A stretch of DNA of 64,000 nt from an uncultured delta proteobacterium (GTDB lineage Bacteria; Myxococcota_A; Polyangia; Fen-1088): positions 288,001 to 352,000 of the forward strand of contig CAVWIP010000017.1 of NCBI GenBank assembly GCA_963755125.1, given 5' to 3'. The position numbers and the translations under genes are program-made. The notes beneath the pieces were generated by a model. The model ran no database searches. It worked only from the letters and a program-made list of their open reading frames with translations, and had not been told where the DNA came from. Of the stretch, positions 63,001-64,000 are shown piece after piece (within the stretch, counting starts at the first letter, position 1; the number at the start of each line of letters is the position of its first letter).

Positions 63001-64000
63001 GCGGCGCTGGCAGCGTTGCGTGCGATGGCGGCCGACGCGGAGCCACCGGTCAGCGTGCTCGACATCTTGGAACCGCTGGCCGAGGCGCGCGGCGACTTCG
63101 TTGAACTGGCGGCGCTGGCCGAGGCGCGGCTCTTGCGCACGGAGGACGCTGCCGCACGGGCCGAATTGTGGCGGCGAATCGCCGACCTTGCGGAAGCGCG
63201 TCTCGCGGATCTGCCACGTGCGGTGGATGCCCTGGGCCGCGCGCTGCGGGAGGATCCCCAGGCCTTCGACACCGCGGACCAGATGGAACGCGTGGCCGAG
63301 CGGGCAGGCGCGCCCGTCGAGGCCGCGCGCCGGCTGGAGGCGGTGCTGGACGCGCTGGACGGATCGGCGCTGGCCCAGATGGGTATGCGGGCGGCACGCC
63401 AGTACCTGCTGGCCGGGGGAGCAGACAACGAGGGCGCAGCCGAGCGGATCTATGGGCGGGTTCTGCAAGTCGAACCAGAGAACCTCGCGGCGCTAGAGGC
63501 CGTCGAGGCGCTGTATCGTCGCCGGGGTGATGGGAAGCAGGTGGCAGCCATGCTTGAGCGGCGGGGCGCGCTGGAACTGGATCCGGTGCGTCGGCTGGCG
63601 CTCTATGGCGAGGCCGCCCGGTTGCACGAAGAGCGCGGCGATCTCGCGATGGCCATAGCGGCTTGGCAGACGGGGCGAGAGGGTGATGAATCCAATCTGC
63701 AGGCCCTCGACGAGCTAGCGCGCCTTCACGAGAAGGCAGGTAAGCTGGACGGTCTGGTCGAGGTGTTGACCGACAAGTCGCACATCATCGAGGACAATGC
63801 CCAGCGTGCGGCGCTCTACATCCGCATCGGCACGATCAAGGCCGGGCCGCTGGCCGACTTGGATGGCGCCGCAGCCGCGTTCCGCGAGGCACTCGACCTG
63901 GCCCCGGAAGACCCGGTCGCGGTGGCGGCTCTGGCCGACATCGAAGAGAAGCGCGGCGACTACACAGCGCTCGAGGAGGCGCTGCTGCGTCAGCTGTCTG
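54040..64000 (+). CDS. Giant TPR/alpha-solenoid protein (at least 3320 aa, 3'-truncated), AgmK-like
   Basis: Frame starts MNNDLSTALATL and is open in all lines I translated, including the last. The track lists no + ORF in this frame, consistent with no stop. Recurrent units such as L..DP....AL.ALE.LY....W..L. Confidence 0.88.
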   Translation, partial: MNNDLSTALATLRSDPEDSQALALLAGLQPGDATASERDAVQVALAAERAWHTDRENVEPCLRLLDLELAWGQDPIRRATLFVEKARLLHREMCQWETAHACVREALEIARNHPAAAEFKRVLEEEEAGWQERADALVRQADEVGDSPGGAPLLAAAGELYLRYRPLTSEGESLLRRSFALDAHQRRADVLLERLLRGAGRKDELAEHLQRRIAAAASPQDIAAARAAAGRLAEQMNRSDQALDNYREVLAASPGHERALHGVARILTARENWAELVTVYETALRAAKRGVAEGPILIALGEIYWKRLNQIAQAEACFRRARKTMPAVAPVLDFYREYHLSHDEFPQLFALLGQAQKAEADPEARVRYGIEMAELAEQRPQLLEKAVDAWKALRRLKPGLPEAVTALRRLYTKTEKWNALLELLKERCEALPPDAVDEKVALYLEMIPIYRDHLKLDVMVVNTYVAILGLRPDHAEALSALAERYQAQGRWGDLANILARQAQCSSELVERVALYHRVAHLWMDKFNNHHNAVAALEKVLELVPSDEKARATLREIYVRARSWRSLLDFMRRELPLLDAPARQARLAEMATLAAERLADLRQAIGLWNEVLQLAPQDRDAVVALSALYEREKRWPALAEILGRLAESAGGDATSDGCALLEKRGLTLLERLGAPAAAVEVLARVRRSQSENPRVLRALRDAYTQMGDFDTLEALYAGRGAWEELCDVLSQVAERTTDMVLRARLLGRVADVARDKLNQPERVLKAYEGILATDPDNRAVARAAADLYEASERWGRLVATYEIMLGPELAPALSLGESLAILERARFICETKLEAKSLAFKWCARAYRLAPTDADVRADLERMGEAAEEWEGLLGLLAARLDSEGEDRPGPEEQLSLLRRCLFIADERVDRPDDLKRFAERILALVPGDDEAENALLKLYTKSERWADLIALQHVRQARMQDPDLRAEVLLRIAHMQEERLGDRTAAAATLREACEIEPQNMRLLRELVRVLDAVGDVRGLVEALARQVGLCADAERAVVLLRMGRLLETSLAQPARATDAYLQTLEADPISAEAVEGLERLFAAGAVRQEDIAKVAGRLLPYYELTERFDKWAGMLEALVSVTADRNERRAQLELLVDLYQGPLADAVAAFGTVLRVFEMEPGNPSVRERLLELGAGADKLPTLAEAARRVLAATEEPSLRQEIFMLIAEVEERQPDRKGEAEEALRAVLQLDPLHMGAYRALARLVRDGERWGALRDLIEAREQHLPDVKERLALLWQAVEIDEALLYDRDHTTEVLRRIVQLDPTDLRACRVLERNYAAAERWRDLDDLLVHEADLVPQEELPELKLRRAELALVRFNNAGEALDLLAEVLALAPGHARAIGLTERVLDDPEQRRRAAMMLEPLYATAENWTRLVEILDIEREGQEGPAAVALLVRKAEVQETHLQAPTAAWDTRRAVLECDPQSETALLQTERLAGILGCWSELQALYQDLAGKRDPSDIGGIAELLSRAARLYQGPLVDRGAAIRTWRRVLDLDLSNARTGVAAAAALETLYVETGDIQGLVYVLRARSEWAEDRREQAALGLRIAELEENSLRNIPAAVATYRSLLDSEGEAADKAFESLERIFQQAGQARERVELLRRRADAVDAVARNQLRHRMAAILETELHDVDEAIATVSPVLDDTPDDVEALKTLARLYHSKGAAAEHLEILERLLLLAGSDRERIDLLRAIAGLLQGPLGRRTEALERWREILRLAPGEADALAEMERLLDDADVALRFAAAETLEPIYRAAGDGPRLARVLRVFIDLAEDARARAGYRAHLAEIEESKLGDKQAALQTWAAAIRDGTSDPDLGRLLDNYERLALAAGIENVIEIIDLYRAVEPDVLAEETRLRVQRAIAEHALSLGDLPLSIDYFSRIAERRPDDDAALAALEQIYRQQENLASLYEVILRRADLADLPRTEVPLRREAGSLAVRLARKDEAIAAWERVWTLLPGDAEAVAALDALYVELRRWDDLVNLLERRLERDLSRDQDIELRFRLAEIQRIELANRERALEYLGQVLEREPDHAPSIQILQDLLEDPEARMTAATLLEPVYIRRSAWKELVAIDSLRLKYSEDPEQRLTWTQRIAQVYEEQIEDLDEAFSWYGRVFQEKATERTALEQLLRLAPKLGRWRDVGKLLDEFLENELSNPDEVLALVRVAIRVFDHELDDREAARRHYRRYLEAQPGNRAAAELFEEALERWEAWTELRDLLDEQARLVESPAERADLLRRSARISEENLSQAGAAVDSLRAVLEIDPDDASAAASLEQLLAAEERWEDLRDHLVWMLGRAESVTAKDAITLELAEVEGKRLGHASVAVDFYGEVLGRTPSHANAIAALEGMLGDAEQRVRVAELLEPAYRTVRNLRKLSDILEVRLETIEDPPRRVAALREKAAAEVQLGRPIEAQAALGRAWLEDVSDSLTLAELDGLAAAASGWQQLASTLDKGIEATLLPDLRADLYARKAKILEERLAAPDLAVEAWREAIASRPDYQQAFAAIERLLEAASRSAELAEILERHAEVAVEAREREQLTKRVAVLHEKVLGQPEKAIAAWRSVLDLDQEDVEALDALERLYSELADWTSLAEVLRRKAEACHDVGTLRRLCFQAAQLHDEKLHDASEAASQLRAILDINPDDAEALEFIGRIYAREGKHAELVEVLDARARGAASVEERDALALAAARLVQAELSDVASAVERYRTILERTPTHEKARAALWDLARQEDHRATAIAVLEPLLRAGQEWRSLGELLELRLLGEDEPGRRLATLAEIARVAEQCLGDGAAAFSTWARALAEDAGDASVRTALERLAEAQGALPELAKIYEERLKGSYDTEVQRWLASRLAVLYEQSLANPARAVELWREVAGMPGGEAEALGHLEVVLRGLGRNSDLEEVLARRAEIAVQGTTQADFLADLGELRLHHLSDPDGAIDAFRAALERVPTQGAALAALRAMAADAEPPVSVLDILEPLAEARGDFVELAALAEARLLRTEDAAARAELWRRIADLAEARLADLPRAVDALGRALREDPQAFDTADQMERVAERAGAPVEAARRLEAVLDALDGSALAQMGMRAARQYLLAGGADNEGAAERIYGRVLQVEPENLAALEAVEALYRRRGDGKQVAAMLERRGALELDPVRRLALYGEAARLHEERGDLAMAIAAWQTGREGDESNLQALDELARLHEKAGKLDGLVEVLTDKSHIIEDNAQRAALYIRIGTIKAGPLADLDGAAAAFREALDLAPEDPVAVAALADIEEKRGDYTALEEALLRQLS

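Overview
A GC-rich bacterial chromosomal segment. Gene content (three-gene bactofilin cluster, giant TPR protein, Cys-rich surface lipoproteins with D/G/A-rich linkers) suggests Myxococcota, probably Polyangia-like; this is inference. Most of it is housekeeping: eda-kdgK, coaBC, family-4 UDG, purF, mgtA, prfB with its +1 frameshift, lysS, lolC/E-lolD-bamA-skp-fabZ, dsbD-like and large purL. Main oddities: (1) a 129-bp self-complementary element inserted in frame in purL; (2) a head-to-tail dimer of a 1328-bp IS4-family element with three copies of the 9-bp target duplication, whose ends rebuild the palindromic target; (3) a bamA-skp-fabZ operon without lpxD, lpxA or lpxB; (4) a lipoprotein with disintegrin-like repeats, eight Cys-bearing Fn3 domains and a possible CBM64-like tail; (5) a TPR ORF of at least 3320 codons that runs off the window end and is missing from the ORF track. 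I saw no rRNA, tRNA or CRISPR array. All product calls come from motifs read by eye; no database search was run.
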